Shown one piece after another: positions 21,527 through 35,263 of a stretch of DNA of 64,000 bases. Numbering within the stretch: position 1 is the first letter of the stretch; every line of letters begins with the position of its first letter. The translations under genes were made by a program, and so were the position numbers. A model generated the notes under the pieces. The model saw nothing but the letters and a program-made list of their open reading frames with translations, made no database searches and was not told the DNA's origin. Source of the DNA: Candidatus Latescibacterota bacterium (lineage in GTDB: Bacteria; Latescibacterota; UBA2968); contig OZ241986.1 of the NCBI GenBank assembly GCA_965204375.1, positions 1,888,001 through 1,952,000 on the forward strand. The letters run 5' to 3'.

Positions 21527-23620
21527 TTAAGTTGCAAATACATTGACTGAAGAGAGAATGTCTTCAGCGATGCTCTGCGGCATTTCCTCAAATTTGGAAA
21601 ATTCCATTGAATAAATCGCGCGACCCTGTGTTATAGACCGCAACTTTGTTGCATAACCAAACATTTCACTCAGCGGCACAGTGGCCGAGATGACCTGTGC
21701 ATCGGGGCGATTGACAATACCTACAATATGCCCCCGACGCGCATTCAAATCACCCATAACATCGCCCATATAGTCTTCGGGCACAACGACTTCCACATCA
21801 AAAACAGGTTCCATAAGATAAGTTTTAGCCCTTTTGGCTGCCTCCTGAAAAGCTATTGAACCAGCAATCTTGAAGGCTATTTCAGAAGAATCAACATCGT
21901 GATAGGAACCGTCAAACAGTTCAATTTTGACATCATCTATTGGATACCCCGCCAGGACCCCACCCGTCATTGCCTCCTGAATTCCCGCGCGCACGGCAGA
22001 AATATATTCAGACGGGATTGCACCACCTGTAATTTTATTCTCAAATACAAGTCCTGTACCGGGTTTACCAGGTTCCAGGTTGATAACCACATGACCGTAT
22101 TGACCCCGACCTCCACTTTGACGGACAAAGCGCCCGTGAATATTTTGAACAGCGTTGCGGATGGCTTCTTTATAAGTGACCTGTGGTTTGCCAACATTGG
22201 CCTCAACCCTGAATTCGCGCTTGAGGCGATCCACAATAATCTCCAGGTGCAATTCACCCATCCCCGAAATAATGGTCTGTCCAGTGTCTGGATCAATAGC
22301 TACGTGAAAAGTAGGGTCTTCTTCGGTCAGCTTGCTCAGCGCGATGCCGAGTTGATCTTGATCAGCCTTGGTTCTCGGTTCAATTGCCACAGAAATCACG
22401 GGCTTGGCAAAATCCATTGATTCCAATATCACAGGCTCTTTTTCATCGCAAAGCGTCTCTCCTGTTGCCGTGTCTTTCAGCCCAACAACAGCCGCAATCT
22501 CACCCGCAGACACCGCATTGATCTCTTCCCGCTTATTCGCGTGCATTTGCAACATACGTCCGATGCGCTCGCGTTTGCCCTTATTGGCGTTGAGAACATA
22601 AGAGCCTGTATTTAAGTGACCTGAATATACGCGGAAGTAAGTCAACCGCCCGACATAAGGATCTGTCATCACCTTAAAAGCCAAAGCGGCAAAAGGCACT
22701 TCGTCGGAAACCGGACGAGAAACCCCAATGTCGAAGTTTTTGAGATCGTGTCCCACAATTTCAGGCACATCGCGAGGCGAGGGTAAATATGCGACAATAG
22801 CATCTAACAAGCGCTGCACGCCTTTATTCTTAAATGCCGACCCACAAAGCACAGGCACAGCAGTACTGTTAATTACGGCCTGACGCAAAGCAGCTTTAAT
22901 CTCTTCCTCGCTGATATCTTCGCCTTCGAGAAATTTTTCCATCAAGGTGTCATCAAAGTCGGAGACCGCTTCCAGCAATTGCTCGCGGCCTTCATAGGCG
23001 CGTTCTTCCAGATCGTTTGGAATACTATCTTCCGTAAACTTGGTGCCTAAAGAATCATCCTCGTAGGTCACGAGTTTCATCTTGATCAAATCAATCAAGC
23101 CCGTAAACATCTCCCCAGCCCCTACAGGCAACTGAACGGGAACAAAATTGGCACCCAATCTTTCACGCATCATTTCTACTACGCGGTCGAAATCGGCACC
23201 CGTGCGATCCATTTTGTTGACAAATGCAATCCGAGGGACGGAATATTTGTCCGCCTGACGCCAGACAGTTTCCGATTGGGGTTCAACGCCTCCAACCGCG
23301 CAAAACAGCCCTACAGCACCATCTAAAACGCGCAATGACCGCTCGACTTCGGCAGTAAAATCAACATGTCCTGGCGTATCGATAATATTGATGCGGTGGT
23401 CATCCCAAAAACACGTTGTAGCCGCCGACGTAATGGTAATGCCGCGCTCGCGCTCTTGAGCCATCCAGTCCATGGTGGCAGCACCATCGTGCACCTCACC
23501 CATTCTGCGCAAAATACCCGTATAATAGAGAATGCGCTCGGTCGTCGTGGTTTTACCTGCGTCGATATGCGCCATAATCCCGATATTTCGGGTGCGCTCT
23601 AAGTCGTATTTTCTCGCCAT
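21527..23620 (-). CDS. fusA: Elongation factor G
   Basis: '[17 protein letters not shown]', 'DTPGHVDF', 'GMGELHLE'. Confidence 0.99.
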   Translation of the reverse strand: MARKYDLERTRNIGIMAHIDAGKTTTTERILYYTGILRRMGEVHDGAATMDWMAQERERGITITSAATTCFWDDHRINIIDTPGHVDFTAEVERSLRVLDGAVGLFCAVGGVEPQSETVWRQADKYSVPRIAFVNKMDRTGADFDRVVEMMRERLGANFVPVQLPVGAGEMFTGLIDLIKMKLVTYEDDSLGTKFTEDSIPNDLEERAYEGREQLLEAVSDFDDTLMEKFLEGEDISEEEIKAALRQAVINSTAVPVLCGSAFKNKGVQRLLDAIVAYLPSPRDVPEIVGHDLKNFDIGVSRPVSDEVPFAALAFKVMTDPYVGRLTYFRVYSGHLNTGSYVLNANKGKRERIGRMLQMHANKREEINAVSAGEIAAVVGLKDTATGETLCDEKEPVILESMDFAKPVISVAIEPRTKADQDQLGIALSKLTEEDPTFHVAIDPDTGQTIISGMGELHLEIIVDRLKREFRVEANVGKPQVTYKEAIRNAVQNIHGRFVRQSGGRGQYGHVVINLEPGKPGTGLVFENKITGGAIPSEYISAVRAGIQEAMTGGVLAGYPIDDVKIELFDGSYHDVDSSEIAFKIAGSIAFQEAAKRAKTYLMEPVFDVEVVVPEDYMGDVMGDLNARRGHIVGIVNRPDAQVISATVPLSEMFGYATKLRSITQGRAIYSMEFSKFEEMPQSIAEDILSSVNVFAT

Positions 23621-23629
23621 CTTAGTCAC

Positions 23630-24097
23630 TTACCAGCGATAATGCGCAAATGCGCGATTGGCTTCTGCCATGCGATGCGTTTCTTCTCGTCGCTGCATGG
23701 CACGCCCTTGCCCATTTGCTGCATCCATAAATTCACCAGCCAAACGCTGAGCCATTGTCTTTTCACCCCGTTCTCTGGCAAATAAAATTAACCAGCGAAT
23801 AGACAGTGCAAGGCGTTCATCTGGACGGACTTCTTCGGGCACCTGGTAAGTCGCGCCACCGACGCGGCGCGATCTCACCTTGACAACCGGTTTGACATTG
23901 TCAAGTGCTTTTTCAAAAACCTCTAAGCCGGCATTTCCACTGCGATCTTCAACCAGATCAAGTGCCTCGTAAAAAATTCGTTCACCCACACTCTTTTTGC
24001 CTTTGCGAAACAAGCAGTTGACAAAACGCGTCACCAACAGGCTGCTGTATTTGGGATCTGGAGCCAAGTATCGTTTTTCCGCTCGCCGCTTTCGCAT
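23630..24097 (-). CDS. rpsG: 30S ribosomal protein S7
   Basis: '[11 protein letters not shown]', '[15 protein letters not shown]'. Confidence 0.98.
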   Translation of the reverse strand: MRKRRAEKRYLAPDPKYSSLLVTRFVNCLFRKGKKSVGERIFYEALDLVEDRSGNAGLEVFEKALDNVKPVVKVRSRRVGGATYQVPEEVRPDERLALSIRWLILFARERGEKTMAQRLAGEFMDAANGQGRAMQRREETHRMAEANRAFAHYRW

Positions 24098-24182
24098 ATC
24101 GGGATCTACCTCTTTTAAAATAAGGGGGATACGCCACCAAGGTGGTATCCCCCATGTTTTATCGAATAATAGGCACTTGAGA

Positions 24183-24554
24183 TTAACCCGCTTTTTTCGT
24201 GCCGTATTTGGAACGACCTTGTTTGCGGTCTTCCACGCCAGTTGTGTCGAGTACGCCCCGAAGAATGTGATACCGAACAGAAGGTAGATCCTTGACGCGA
24301 CCGCCCCGGATGAGTACCACAGAGTGCTCCATGAGATTATGCCCTTCACCCGGAATATACGCTGTTACTTCAAGACCATTCGTCAACCTGACACGCGCTA
24401 CTTTGCGCAGAGCTGAATTGGGCTTTTTGGGCGTTGTAGTATAAACACGTGTACAAACACCGCGTTTTTGAGGACAAGCTCTCAAAGCAGGTGCAGAAGA
24501 ACGCTTGCGCTTGGCTTTTCGTCCCTTCCGAACCAGTTGATTAATTGTGGGCAA
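24183..24554 (-). CDS. rpsL: 30S ribosomal protein S12
   Basis: 'PTINQLVR', '[11 protein letters not shown]'; TTG start after GGAGG. Confidence 0.98.
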   Translation of the reverse strand: MPTINQLVRKGRKAKRKRSSAPALRACPQKRGVCTRVYTTTPKKPNSALRKVARVRLTNGLEVTAYIPGEGHNLMEHSVVLIRGGRVKDLPSVRYHILRGVLDTTGVEDRKQGRSKYGTKKAG

Positions 24555-24584
24555 ACTCAACCTCCTTAATTATGGGAGACTTGT

Positions 24585-24613
24585 AATATACTAGGTGTAT
24601 GAATGGCTGTCAA
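24585..24613 (-). promoter_or_regulatory. Promoter of the str operon, -35 overlapping the rpoC stop codon
   Basis: TTGACA-17 nt-TATATT. Confidence 0.7.
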
Positions 24614-27600
24614 GTATTAATTGGAGGTAAACCAATGCTTTCCGTGTTCTCTTCTGCGAGGGCTTCAAAAACCTGCGATTCTTCCACCACATCTGTATCC
24701 AAATCGCGGTATTTCAAAGCACCTGTACCGGCGGGAATGAGGTGTCCGATGATCACATTTTCCTTTAATCCCAACAGCGTGTCAACCTTGCCCTGTACTG
24801 CTGCTTCGGTAAGTACTCGGGTAGTTTCCTGGAAAGAAGCTGCAGAAATGAAACTCTCGGTCAAAAGAGAGGCTCGGGTAATCCCCAACAAGACGGGATT
24901 GTTAGTTGCCGGATCGCCTCCTTCAACGAGAACCTTATCATTCTCATCGAGGAAGCGGAATCGGTCAACCAGTTCGTCTTCGAGAAAATTGGTATCTCCA
25001 GGATCTGTCACCTGTACTTTCTGCAACATCTGCCGGACGATGGTTTCAATATGCTTGTCATTGATTTTCACACCCTGGAGCCGATAAACCTGCTGAATTT
25101 CATCGACGAGATACTCCTGAACTTTTCGATCTCCCAAAATAGCCAGAATGTCGTGTGGATTTACTGACCCCTCAGACAGGCGGTCACCCGCGGTTACGTG
25201 ATCACCTTCTTGTACGCGCAGATGTCGTCCATAGGGAATGGTGTATTTTTTTTCTTCGCCCTCATCAGCCGTAACCAAGACAACTCGAGAGCCTCTCACC
25301 ATGCGACCAAAGCTCACCGAGCCGTTGATTTCGGTAACCACTGAAGCCTCTTTGGGGCGACGCGCCTCAAAAAGCTCAGCTACACGCGGCAAACCACCTG
25401 TAATATCTCGTGTTTTGCTGCGTTCACGCGAAATTTTAGCCAGCGTATCGCCATCTGCTACTTGGTCGCCATCGCGCACCACCAGTCGCGCTCCCAGGGG
25501 AATGATATAATGGCCCAGTTCTTTGCCATCTTCATCAACAACCTTAATGTGCGGCGATAAGGTGCGGTCTCGGTGCTCAATCACGACCAGTCCGGCAATG
25601 CTGGTGGTTTCATCAATTTCTTCGCGATATGTCACTCCTTCTACGAGGTCCCCAAACTGAACTTTACCAGCTTTGGGCGATACGATCACATTATTATAAG
25701 GGTCCCATTCGTAGAGTGCCTGGTCCTCTGCCACATCTTGTCCTTCCGCCACTCGCAACACAGCTCCATGCGGCACGTGGTAGTGCCCTCCCCTTACACG
25801 ACCCTGATCATCTTGTACTTCGATCTCGCCGTTCCGACCGACCACAACCCATGAATCTTCATCGCGCTGCACAAACTCGAGATGTTTAAAGATGACTTTT
25901 CCCGCACGCTTTGCACCAATCTCGGCCTGCTCGGCAATGCGGCTGGAAGTACCCCCAATATGAAAGGTGCGCAATGTCAACTGTGTTCCGGGTTCGCCCA
26001 CACTCTGCGCAGCAATAACACCCACGGCCTCTCCAATATCAACGGGTAGTCCGGTGGCGGGGTTGCGGCCATAACAGGCCATACAGACCCCTCGTCGAGT
26101 TTCACATGTCAATACGGACCGCACCCAGACGCCTTCAATACCCGCATCGGCAATTTTGTCGGCCAATCCTTCATCTAATAAAACGCCGGCTTCAACAATG
26201 CGGTCCCCTGTAATGGGATCTTCGACATCTTCCAGCACTGTGCGTCCTACAATGCGGTCAGATAGCGATTCAACAACTTCTTCGCCTTCCTTCAGGGCTT
26301 CCATTTCAATGCCCAATATCGTTCCGCAATCGGATTCAGAAATAACCACATCTTGCGATACATCCACCATGCGACGCGTCAAGTAGCCAGCTTCAGCAGT
26401 CTTCAAGGCCGTATCGGCCAGCCCCTTGCGACTGCCGTGCGTCGAAATAAAATACTCAAGCACGGTCAGACCTTCTTTAAGTGACGAAATAATAGGTGTT
26501 TCAATAATTTCGCCAATCGCTCCCGTCAATTTCTTTTGCGGTTTATTCATCAGCCCGCGCATACCACCGAGTTGCTTGATCTGATCGTCGTTTCCTCGTG
26601 CGCCCGAATCCTTCATAATCCAGATTGAATTGAAGCCTTCTTCGGCTTTTTCAAATGCACCAATCATGGCTTGGGCAATGTGATTGGTCGTATGCTGCCA
26701 TACATCAATCACTTTGTTGTAGCGTTCGCCCTCGGTAATAGCCCCGATCGCGTGTTGTTCAATAATTTTTTCGACTTCGCCCATAGCATCGGTAATCAAT
26801 TCTTCCTTTTCGGGGGGCACGACCACATCGCTCACCGCAATCGAAATACCCGACTGCGTCGCATAATCGTATCCCAACTGCTTCAATCCATCGAGAAAAT
26901 CTGTCGTAATGCGGTTGCCATACCGACTGTGGACTTCAGAAGAAACTTTGCGGATGCCTTTGTCATCGATCAATTCATTGATAAAGGGCATCGTTTCGGG
27001 CATAATTTCATTAAAAATAACGCGTCCAACCGTGGTTGTTATGAGTTCACCATCTATGCGAACACGCACGGCTTCATGCAGGTCAATGCGTTCAAAATCA
27101 TACGCCAAGAGAGCTTCATCGGTACTGCTAAAAGTTTTGAGATTATCTTCCTTGCCGTGAACAATTTTTGTCAGATAATACAGACCTAAAGCTATTTCCT
27201 GGGGTTTATCGACCACAACAGGCGATCCATCGGCGGGTTTGAGCAAATTGTTTGACGACAGCATCAACACCCGCGCTTCAATCTGGGCCTCGAAAGAAAG
27301 CGGCAGGTGCACGGCCATCTGATCACCGTCGAAATCGGCATTAAATGCCGCACAGACCAGCGGATGAATGCGAATGGCTTTGCCTTCTACGAGCACGGGT
27401 AAAAACGCCTGAATGCCCAGGCGATGCAATGTTGGGGCGCGATTGAGCAAAACGCAGTGATCCTGGATAATTTCTTCGAGAATATCCCATACTTCAACGC
27501 GCTCGCGTTCGACTAATTTCTTCGCACTTTTAACGGTTTGGACGAGGCCCTTTTCTTCAAGCCGTCGAATAATAAATGGCTTGAATAATTCCAGAGCCAT

Positions 27601-28701
27601 ATGTTTGGGTAGCCCGCATTGATAAAGCCTTAAATGAGGATCGACCACAATCACAGAACGACCCGAATAATCGACGCGTTTACCCAAAAGATTCTGGCGG
27701 AATCGCCCCTGTTTACCCTTGAGTAGATCGGAAAGCGACTTGAGGGATCGGTTGCCATCACCGCGAACAGCACGAGACCGACGGCCATTGTCAAACAGAG
27801 CGTCAACGGCCTCCTGGAGCATGCGTTTTTCATTGCGTAAAATGACTTCGGGTGCTTTGATTTCAATCAATTTTTTGAGCCGATTATTTCTATTGATCAC
27901 GCGGCGATATAAATCATTGAGATCCGAAGTTGCAAACCGCCCGCCCTCTAAGGGTACGAGAGGACGCAAATCGGGTGGGATGACGGGAATCACATCGAGA
28001 ATCATCCAATCGGGCTGATTATCCGATTGGCGGAACGCCTCAACGACCTTGAGGCGTTTGAGTGCCTCCTGTTTGCGCTGCACCGAAGTCTCGAAACGAG
28101 CTTGCGTTCGCAGTTCAGCAGACAAGTCCTCAATATCGATTTCAGACAGCAGTTTTTTGATCGCGCCAGCCCCCATATCGACATCAAATGAATACCCCTC
28201 ATCTTCGAGATCAATCACCTCATCTTCAGTGAGCAAATCCTTGAATTTGAGATCGGGAGCATCACCGGGATCCAGCACCACATACGATTCGTAGTAAATG
28301 ATTCGCTCGAGATTGCGAACGGAAAGATTGAGCAAATACCCCATGCGAGATGGGAGCGACTTAAAAAACCAGATATGTGTCACTGGAACCGCCAATTCGA
28401 TGTGTCCCAGCCGCTCTCGTCTGACTTTTGATTGGGTCACTTCTACCCCACACCGATCACACACTACACCCCGATATCGAATGCGCTTGTATTTACCGCA
28501 ATGGCACTCCCAGTCTTTGACAGGCCCAAAAATGCATTCGCAAAATAATCCGTCACGCTCGGGCTTAAAAGACCGATAATTGATCGTTTCGGGTTTGGTA
28601 ACCTCGCCGCGCGACCACCCTCGGATGGTATCTGGCGAAGCCAGTTGAATGCGAATAGAATTAAAATCTAAGGGTTGATTGGCAAAATTGGTATCGGCCA
28701 C
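24610..28701 (-). CDS. rpoC: RNA polymerase beta' subunit
   Basis: '[12 protein letters not shown]', zinc-finger cysteines, '[13 protein letters not shown]'. Confidence 0.99.
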   Translation of the reverse strand: MADTNFANQPLDFNSIRIQLASPDTIRGWSRGEVTKPETINYRSFKPERDGLFCECIFGPVKDWECHCGKYKRIRYRGVVCDRCGVEVTQSKVRRERLGHIELAVPVTHIWFFKSLPSRMGYLLNLSVRNLERIIYYESYVVLDPGDAPDLKFKDLLTEDEVIDLEDEGYSFDVDMGAGAIKKLLSEIDIEDLSAELRTQARFETSVQRKQEALKRLKVVEAFRQSDNQPDWMILDVIPVIPPDLRPLVPLEGGRFATSDLNDLYRRVINRNNRLKKLIEIKAPEVILRNEKRMLQEAVDALFDNGRRSRAVRGDGNRSLKSLSDLLKGKQGRFRQNLLGKRVDYSGRSVIVVDPHLRLYQCGLPKHMALELFKPFIIRRLEEKGLVQTVKSAKKLVERERVEVWDILEEIIQDHCVLLNRAPTLHRLGIQAFLPVLVEGKAIRIHPLVCAAFNADFDGDQMAVHLPLSFEAQIEARVLMLSSNNLLKPADGSPVVVDKPQEIALGLYYLTKIVHGKEDNLKTFSSTDEALLAYDFERIDLHEAVRVRIDGELITTTVGRVIFNEIMPETMPFINELIDDKGIRKVSSEVHSRYGNRITTDFLDGLKQLGYDYATQSGISIAVSDVVVPPEKEELITDAMGEVEKIIEQHAIGAITEGERYNKVIDVWQHTTNHIAQAMIGAFEKAEEGFNSIWIMKDSGARGNDDQIKQLGGMRGLMNKPQKKLTGAIGEIIETPIISSLKEGLTVLEYFISTHGSRKGLADTALKTAEAGYLTRRMVDVSQDVVISESDCGTILGIEMEALKEGEEVVESLSDRIVGRTVLEDVEDPITGDRIVEAGVLLDEGLADKIADAGIEGVWVRSVLTCETRRGVCMACYGRNPATGLPVDIGEAVGVIAAQSVGEPGTQLTLRTFHIGGTSSRIAEQAEIGAKRAGKVIFKHLEFVQRDEDSWVVVGRNGEIEVQDDQGRVRGGHYHVPHGAVLRVAEGQDVAEDQALYEWDPYNNVIVSPKAGKVQFGDLVEGVTYREEIDETTSIAGLVVIEHRDRTLSPHIKVVDEDGKELGHYIIPLGARLVVRDGDQVADGDTLAKISRERSKTRDITGGLPRVAELFEARRPKEASVVTEINGSVSFGRMVRGSRVVLVTADEGEEKKYTIPYGRHLRVQEGDHVTAGDRLSEGSVNPHDILAILGDRKVQEYLVDEIQQVYRLQGVKINDKHIETIVRQMLQKVQVTDPGDTNFLEDELVDRFRFLDENDKVLVEGGDPATNNPVLLGITRASLLTESFISAASFQETTRVLTEAAVQGKVDTLLGLKENVIIGHLIPAGTGALKYRDLDTDVVEESQVFEALAEENTESIGLPPINT

Positions 28702-28731
28702 GAGAGAACCCCCTTTTAAAATCTTATGTCG

Positions 28732-31700
28732 TCAGTCAATCGCGTTTTCAAGTACCACGTCCAAACACAGGCTTTGCAATTCTTTGACCAGAACATTAAA
28801 TGATTCTGGCACACCGGGTTCGGGTGGATTTTCTCCCTTCACAATGGTCTCGTAAATTTTGGATCTGCCTGCCACATCGTCGGATTTGACAGTAAGCATT
28901 TCCTGTAACATGTGTGCAGCACCATAAGCTTCGAGCGCCCAAACTTCCATTTCTCCAAAGCGCTGTCCTCCAAACTGGGCTTTGCCGCCCAAAGGCTGTT
29001 GTGTGACCAGTGAATAGGGTCCAATTGAACGTGCGTGGATCTTGTCGCTGACCAGATGCGACAGTTTCAACATATAAATGATGCCGACCATCACTTCTTT
29101 ATCAAACGGTACCCCTGTTTTGCCATCGTAAAGGAGCGTTTTTCCGTTTTCGGGCAAATCAGCTTTTCGCAACATATCCTGGACATCGTCCATGCTCGCG
29201 CCATCAAACACAGGAGTCGCAAAGTGGAGATCCAGTTTGTGGGCTGCCCAACCCAAATGGGTTTCGAGGATTTGGCCAAGATTCATGCGAGAGGGTACAC
29301 CGAGCGGATTCAAAACCAGATCAATGGGCGTGCCATCGGGCAAATAGGGCATATCTTCTTCGGGCACAATAATCGAAATTACACCCTTATTGCCGTGTCG
29401 TCCGGCCATTTTATCCCCTACCATCAGCTTTCTTTTGCGAGCGACATACACCTTAACCAGTTGCACAATGCCCGGCGGAAGTTCATCTCCGCGCGCGATT
29501 TTTTCAAGCTCTCGCTCGAGTTCTTCTTCCGCCTGCTGCATCAAGTGGTCGGCCAGTTCAATCAGTCGATCCACCTTTTGGCTTGTCGCTGGACTATCAC
29601 ACCAATCCCCATCGGGTGTCACTGTGCCCAGGTCAAATTTTTCCAGCGATCTTTCATTCAACGCCGTGCCAGCCTTTGCAACTACCGTACCCTCTTCATC
29701 GCGCAGGGTATTGACTCTGCGGTTTTTGAGAAGAGCTAAAACCTGCTGATCCCGGCTTTGTTTTAATGACTCAATCTTAGAAGCAATGCGTTTTTGAGCA
29801 ACTCTGGTCTTTTCTTTATCTTCATTTCGCGTCTTTTCATCGCGCTCTTTGCGAGAAAAAACTTTGCGATCCATGACCACGCCATCCATTCCTGGAGGAG
29901 CTTTAAGCGATGCATCGCGCACATCGCCGGCCTTCTCGCCAAAAATCGCGCGCAACAAACGCTCTTCAGGTGACAATTCAGTTTCGCCCTTCGGGGTCAC
30001 CTTCCCAACGAGAATATCGCCCTGATTGACCTCTGCTCCCACGCGAATGATGCCGTGCTCATCCAGATTGCGAACAGCTTGCTCACTAACGTTGGGAATT
30101 TCACGCGTAATTTCTTCTGTGCCGCGTTTGGTATCGCGAACCTGGAGCTCAAATTCTTCAATGCTAATTGAAGTAAAAATATCCTTTTTAATGAGCCGCT
30201 CAGAAACAATGATGGCATCTTCGAAGTTGTACCCATGCCACGACATAAACGCCACGAGCACATTGGAACCAAGCGCGAGATCTCCCCTGTCTGTGGCACA
30301 ACCATCAGCCAATAACTGACCTTTTTCAACTTTATCACCAACTTGTACGGCCGGACGCTGGTTAATACAAAAATCTTGATTGGATCGCTTGAATTTGGTC
30401 AGATCGTAAATGTCCTCATCAGACAGCGAAATGGTTTCAATACTGCGCCCTTTTCGGCGCTTAACGACAATTTTGTCGGCACTGACATACGTTACAACAC
30501 CGGCGTTTTTCGCAATAATGACAGCTTTTGAATCAACGGCAACTTTGCGCTCGAGACCCGTTCCAACACGCGGGGCATCCGTAATTAAGAGAGGCACACC
30601 TTGCCGCTGCATATTGGACCCCATCAACGCGCGGTTGGCCTCATCGTGCTCGAGAAAAGGAATAAGTCCGGCGGCAGCACTCACAAGTTGGAAGGGTGAA
30701 ACATCCATGTAGTCAATCGCATCGGGATCGACCACGGGAAAATCGCCTCGCCGCCTCGCCTGCACGACATTATTTTCAAATTCGCCCTTGTCATCAAGCG
30801 CCAGATTGGCCTGTGCAATGGTATGGCGATCTTCTTCATCGGCGGGCAAATATGCAATATCCTGTGAAACTTTGCCACTTTTGACCTTCCGATAGGGAGT
30901 CTCGAGAAAGCCGAAGGGATTGACCTTGGCATAAGTTGCCACAGACACAATCAGGCCGATATTAGGGCCTTCGGGCGTTTCGATGGGACAAATGCGGCCG
31001 TAGTGTGTATGATGCACATCGCGCACCTCAAACCCCGCCCGGTCGCGCGTTAATCCCCCCGGTCCCAATGCCGACAAACGGCGTTTGTGGGTCAATTCGT
31101 CAAGCGGATTGATTTGCTGTAAAAACTGTGATAATTGGCTACTGCCAAAAAAGGCCTGAACCACAGTAGATACAGTCCGCGCGTTGACCAGATCGTGGGG
31201 AGTAAGTTGCTCAGAATCGCGCAAACTCATGCGCTCCCTAATCGTGCGCGCCATGCGCGCCAAACCAATACTAAACTGCTTGGAGAGCAACTCGCCAACA
31301 GAGCGCACCCGCCGATTGCCCAAATGATCGATATCATCGGTAAACCCCTCCCCCATAGCCAAGATAAGTAGATAGTCAATGACTTTAATAAAGTCATCAA
31401 TACACAGCATGGTGAAGTCGAGCGGAATATTATCGATCATATCCAAACGCTGGTTAATACGATAGCGCCCGACAGTACCCAGATTATAACGCCTGGGACT
31501 GAAAAAATTTCGCTCGAGCAATCCGCGAGCAGTTTCAATATTGGGAGGATCGCCAGGACGCAGCAGGCTATAAATCCGCGAGAGTGCTTCTTCCTCATTG
31601 TCACACGGATCTTTGTCCAGCGTATTAGTAATAATCCCACCGTCGTTTTCGGGGTCGATATCCATCACTGTGATTTTGACGATCCCATTTTCCTTAAGGG

Positions 31701-32502
31701 CTAAGAGATGCTCCTCCATCAACGTGGTATATGCTTCGACAATTACTTCTCCCGTCTTTTTATTTACCACATCTTCGGTAACAATGTTATCGACGAGTTC
31801 TTCAGAAACTTTCACGGCGTTATCACCGTGAAAAATGCCCAGAATTTCCTCGGACTTGTCAAATCCCAACGCTCTCAACAAAGTCGTGACCGGCAGTTTG
31901 CGTTTGCGGTCGATATGAACGTACATAATATCGTTGATATCGAGACTAAATTCGAGCCATGCACCGTTGTCGGGAATAATTCTGGCGGAAAATAAACGCT
32001 TGCCATTTGGATGAATAGCATCGTCAAAAAATACGCCAGGAGACCTGTGTAATTGGCTCACGATCACGCGTTCTGAACCGTTGATGACAAATGTACCTTC
32101 ATCGGTCATCAACGGCAATTCGCCTAAGAACACTGTCTGCTCGACGATATCTTTAACGCGAAATTCGCCATTTCCCTGCTTTTCTCGAGAAATCAGACGA
32201 AGCGTTGAACGCAGAGGCACGGCATAGGTCGTACCGCGTTCGAGACATTCTTGCACATCGTATTTGGGAGTTCCAACGGAATAATCGACAAACTCTAAAG
32301 AATAGAGATTGTGGGCGTCTGTGATCGGGAAGATACCTTGGAAGACCGCCTGGAGGCCTTGTTTCTCGCGTACTCCAGGCGGTATATCCTTCTGTAAAAA
32401 CCAGTCATAAGAATCGAGCTGGATATCCAGCAGATTCGGCATTTCGATTGCAGACGTGAGAGTTCCGTACGATTTCCGGTCAATAAATCCTCTATCTGCC
32501 AA
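28732..32502 (-). CDS. rpoB: RNA polymerase beta subunit
   Basis: '[12 protein letters not shown]', '[18 protein letters not shown]'. Confidence 0.99.
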   Translation of the reverse strand: MADRGFIDRKSYGTLTSAIEMPNLLDIQLDSYDWFLQKDIPPGVREKQGLQAVFQGIFPITDAHNLYSLEFVDYSVGTPKYDVQECLERGTTYAVPLRSTLRLISREKQGNGEFRVKDIVEQTVFLGELPLMTDEGTFVINGSERVIVSQLHRSPGVFFDDAIHPNGKRLFSARIIPDNGAWLEFSLDINDIMYVHIDRKRKLPVTTLLRALGFDKSEEILGIFHGDNAVKVSEELVDNIVTEDVVNKKTGEVIVEAYTTLMEEHLLALKENGIVKITVMDIDPENDGGIITNTLDKDPCDNEEEALSRIYSLLRPGDPPNIETARGLLERNFFSPRRYNLGTVGRYRINQRLDMIDNIPLDFTMLCIDDFIKVIDYLLILAMGEGFTDDIDHLGNRRVRSVGELLSKQFSIGLARMARTIRERMSLRDSEQLTPHDLVNARTVSTVVQAFFGSSQLSQFLQQINPLDELTHKRRLSALGPGGLTRDRAGFEVRDVHHTHYGRICPIETPEGPNIGLIVSVATYAKVNPFGFLETPYRKVKSGKVSQDIAYLPADEEDRHTIAQANLALDDKGEFENNVVQARRRGDFPVVDPDAIDYMDVSPFQLVSAAAGLIPFLEHDEANRALMGSNMQRQGVPLLITDAPRVGTGLERKVAVDSKAVIIAKNAGVVTYVSADKIVVKRRKGRSIETISLSDEDIYDLTKFKRSNQDFCINQRPAVQVGDKVEKGQLLADGCATDRGDLALGSNVLVAFMSWHGYNFEDAIIVSERLIKKDIFTSISIEEFELQVRDTKRGTEEITREIPNVSEQAVRNLDEHGIIRVGAEVNQGDILVGKVTPKGETELSPEERLLRAIFGEKAGDVRDASLKAPPGMDGVVMDRKVFSRKERDEKTRNEDKEKTRVAQKRIASKIESLKQSRDQQVLALLKNRRVNTLRDEEGTVVAKAGTALNERSLEKFDLGTVTPDGDWCDSPATSQKVDRLIELADHLMQQAEEELERELEKIARGDELPPGIVQLVKVYVARKRKLMVGDKMAGRHGNKGVISIIVPEEDMPYLPDGTPIDLVLNPLGVPSRMNLGQILETHLGWAAHKLDLHFATPVFDGASMDDVQDMLRKADLPENGKTLLYDGKTGVPFDKEVMVGIIYMLKLSHLVSDKIHARSIGPYSLVTQQPLGGKAQFGGQRFGEMEVWALEAYGAAHMLQEMLTVKSDDVAGRSKIYETIVKGENPPEPGVPESFNVLVKELQSLCLDVVLENAID

Positions 32503-32575
32503 GGGCTCACGCTCCTGTGCTGGAAGGCTAACGGTCAGTTACGGATTTGTATTGCTGCACAAACTTACAACAACC

Positions 32576-32950
32576 CTACTTGAGTTCCACCACCGCACCG
32601 GCTTCTTCCAGTTCTGCCTTGATCTGTTCGGCTTCTTCTTTTTCCACGCCTTCTTTAACGGTATTGGGGGCCCCATCAACCAGAGCTTTGGCTTCTCTGA
32701 GCCCCAACGAGGTAAGGCTGCGAACAACCTTGATCACCTGGATTTTTTTGTCTCCAGAAGACGACAAAATCACATCAAATTCTGTCTGCTCTTCAACAGC
32801 GGGAGCAGCATCACCGCCACCGCCACCAGGTGCTGCAACAACTGCTGCCTGTGCAGTCACACCAAATTTTTCCTCAAGTGCTTTGACCAATTCGGCCAAC
32901 TCGAGCACCGAGAGTTTTTCAATTTCGCTAATGATAGATTCAACAGCCAT
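32576..32950 (-). CDS. rplL: 50S ribosomal protein L7/L12
   Basis: 'LEEKFGVTA', '[10 protein letters not shown]', 'LEEAGA'. Confidence 0.98.
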   Translation of the reverse strand: MAVESIISEIEKLSVLELAELVKALEEKFGVTAQAAVVAAPGGGGGDAAPAVEEQTEFDVILSSSGDKKIQVIKVVRSLTSLGLREAKALVDGAPNTVKEGVEKEEAEQIKAELEEAGAVVELK

Positions 32951-32995
32951 AAATATACCTCCGTCCAGCAATGAATTGGGTGGGTAATAAGCGGG

Positions 32996-33529
32996 CTATT
33001 CGCCGCCTTCTTCCTTTCTTTTTTCCGCAACAGCTTGAAGTGTACCAACGAGTTTTTGCAAAATGCCATTCAGCGTAAAGGCAAGGCCGCTTATCGGGCT
33101 TTGTATTGCAGATACCATCTGGCCCAGCAGAACATCGCGCGAAGGGATTTCGGCCAGTCGCTCAATCTGGTCTGCAATAAAGACCTCGCCATCGATATAC
33201 CCGGCTTTAATCGCGGGCTTGCCATCGGTTTCTTCAGCAAATTTGGTCAAGACACGAGCTGGTGCTACGGGATCTCCATCGGCGCAAACAAGCCCTGTGG
33301 GGCCGCGGAACACATCGTCGAGCCCCTCAACTCCGGCTTGTTTAACCGCCAGTTTAGCCAACCGATTTTTTATTACGAGATAAGAAACAGACTCTTCGCG
33401 GAGTTGCTTGCGCAACAGGGTAAATGAAGGAACGTCTAACCCCGTAAAATCAGTTAAATACAACCCTTTGGCTCGTTTTAAGATATCTGTCAACTCTGCG
33501 ACAGTAGCCTCTTTTTCAGCAGTCGGCAT
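32996..33529 (-). CDS. rplJ: 50S ribosomal protein L10
   Basis: 'DFTGL', 'VIKNRL', 'LAEIPSR'. Confidence 0.96.
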   Translation of the reverse strand: MPTAEKEATVAELTDILKRAKGLYLTDFTGLDVPSFTLLRKQLREESVSYLVIKNRLAKLAVKQAGVEGLDDVFRGPTGLVCADGDPVAPARVLTKFAEETDGKPAIKAGYIDGEVFIADQIERLAEIPSRDVLLGQMVSAIQSPISGLAFTLNGILQKLVGTLQAVAEKRKEEGGE

Positions 33530-33546
33530 TTCTGTACCTTCCTTAA

Positions 33547-34248
33547 TCAATTGGCCGCCAGTGCCGTGCGGTCCAGGCGTATCCCCGGTCCCATTGTGGT
33601 AGATAATGTGACCGAACGCATGTATTGTCCTTTTGTAGAAGATGGACGCGCTCTGATAATTGCATCGATCAATACCTGAGCATTCTCCTGAAGACGCTGT
33701 GCATCAAAAGACGCTTTGCCTACAGGCGTATGCACATTGGACGTTCTATCGACCCGATATTCTACACGCCCCGCTTTGGCTTCCTGCACAGCACGAGCCG
33801 CATCGGGTGTCACCGTGCCACTCTTGGGATTGGGCATCAGGCCTCGAGGGCCAAGAATGCGTCCCAATCGCCCGACCTGTCCCATCATGTCGGGCGTGGC
33901 AATCGCCACATCAAAATCTGTCCATCCGTCATTGATCTTTTCCACCAGGTCTTCGGCACCTACAAAATCTGCTCCCACTGTTTCGGCAGCAGCGGCAGGC
34001 TCACCTCTGGCAAAAACTGCAACGCGCACGGATTTGCCCAGCCCGTGTGGCAAGACTACTGTGCCGCGAACGAGTTGGTCGGATTGTCGCGGATCAACGC
34101 CCAGTCGGAACGAGAGCTCAACTGTTTCGTCAAATTTCCGAGTGGGCATTTTTTTTAAGATATCAACGGCTTCTGCCAGACCGTAATGCGTTTGGCGGTC
34201 AAAAAGCGCGGCCGCTTGTTTATAGCGTTTGGATTGCCCTCGTGCCAT
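33547..34248 (-). CDS. rplA: 50S ribosomal protein L1
   Basis: 'KFDETVE', '[16 protein letters not shown]'. Confidence 0.98.
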   Translation of the reverse strand: MARGQSKRYKQAAALFDRQTHYGLAEAVDILKKMPTRKFDETVELSFRLGVDPRQSDQLVRGTVVLPHGLGKSVRVAVFARGEPAAAAETVGADFVGAEDLVEKINDGWTDFDVAIATPDMMGQVGRLGRILGPRGLMPNPKSGTVTPDAARAVQEAKAGRVEYRVDRTSNVHTPVGKASFDAQRLQENAQVLIDAIIRARPSSTKGQYMRSVTLSTTMGPGIRLDRTALAAN

Positions 34249-34260
34249 ATATACCTCCGG

Positions 34261-34686
34261 TCAATTGTTGACGGTCAGACCCATACTGCGAGCCGTTCCC
34301 GCAATCATGCGCTTGGCTGCCTCAATGCTACCCGCGTTGAGGTCTTGAACTTTCATTTCTGCAATTTCCTGGAGTTGAGCATCGGTCACGGACCCCACTT
34401 TGTCCCGATTGGATTCCGGCGACCCTTTGGCAATCCCCGCTGCTCTCTTGAGCAACACGGCTGCAGGCGGACTCTTCAACTCAAAAGTAAAGCTCCTATC
34501 TGCATAAACAGTAATAATCGCGGGAATTATCAAACCCTGTTTATCCTGAGTTTGTGCATTAAAAGCTTTGCAAAACTCCATAATATTGACGCCGTGCTGT
34601 CCCAAAGCTGGACCAACCGGCGGTGTGGGCGTCGCCTGTCCAGCGGGAATTTGTAACTTGATTGTTGTGAGAATTTTTCTTGCCAT
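34261..34686 (-). CDS. rplK: 50S ribosomal protein L11
   Basis: '[23 protein letters not shown]'. Confidence 0.98.
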   Translation of the reverse strand: MARKILTTIKLQIPAGQATPTPPVGPALGQHGVNIMEFCKAFNAQTQDKQGLIIPAIITVYADRSFTFELKSPPAAVLLKRAAGIAKGSPESNRDKVGSVTDAQLQEIAEMKVQDLNAGSIEAAKRMIAGTARSMGLTVNN

Positions 34687-34698
34687 TAAAGCCTCTCG

Positions 34699-35235
34699 TT
34701 ATCGCGATTCGACTGCTTCTTCAACCTGTAAAACATCTAATTCCACGGGTGTGTTGCGCCCAAAGATGCTAACCATCACTTTGATCTTGCTCTTTTCTGG
34801 ATTGATGTCATCAACCAGGCCAATAAAATCGCTGAATGGACCATCGATCACCTTGACCCGGTCGCCCACTTGATAGGGCACATCAGAAGTTTCCTCAACC
34901 GGACGACGCTCAATTTGTCCCAAAATGCGGTTCACTTCTTCTTCGCGCAGAGGTTGTGGTCTTCGACCAGGACCAACAAAACTCGTCACACCTGGCACAC
35001 TGGTAACAAAATATAGGGACTCTTTGTCCATATCCAGTTCAACCAAAAGATAACTGGGTAAAAATTTCTTGAGGGATGTCGTTTTCCGTCCATCCTTCAT
35101 CTCGACGACTTCCTCAGTAGGCACGATCACCCGACCAATTTTGTCGCCAACATCAATGTTTTCTTTGGCGGCTTCAATATAGCTCTTGACCTTATTTTCG
35201 TGCCCAGAATAGGTGTGGACAACGTACCATTTCAT
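34699..35235 (-). CDS. nusG: Transcription factor NusG
   Basis: 'WYVVHTYSGHE', 'GPFSDF', 'VSIFGRNTPVEL'. Confidence 0.98.
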   Translation of the reverse strand: MKWYVVHTYSGHENKVKSYIEAAKENIDVGDKIGRVIVPTEEVVEMKDGRKTTSLKKFLPSYLLVELDMDKESLYFVTSVPGVTSFVGPGRRPQPLREEEVNRILGQIERRPVEETSDVPYQVGDRVKVIDGPFSDFIGLVDDINPEKSKIKVMVSIFGRNTPVELDVLQVEEAVESR

Positions 35236-35263
35236 CGGTCGAAGACTCCCTAACAAAAATCCT

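Noticed and set aside
24610-32502. Inteins or unusual insertions in RpoB/RpoC
   Set aside because: Lengths and motifs are ordinary; no intein signatures
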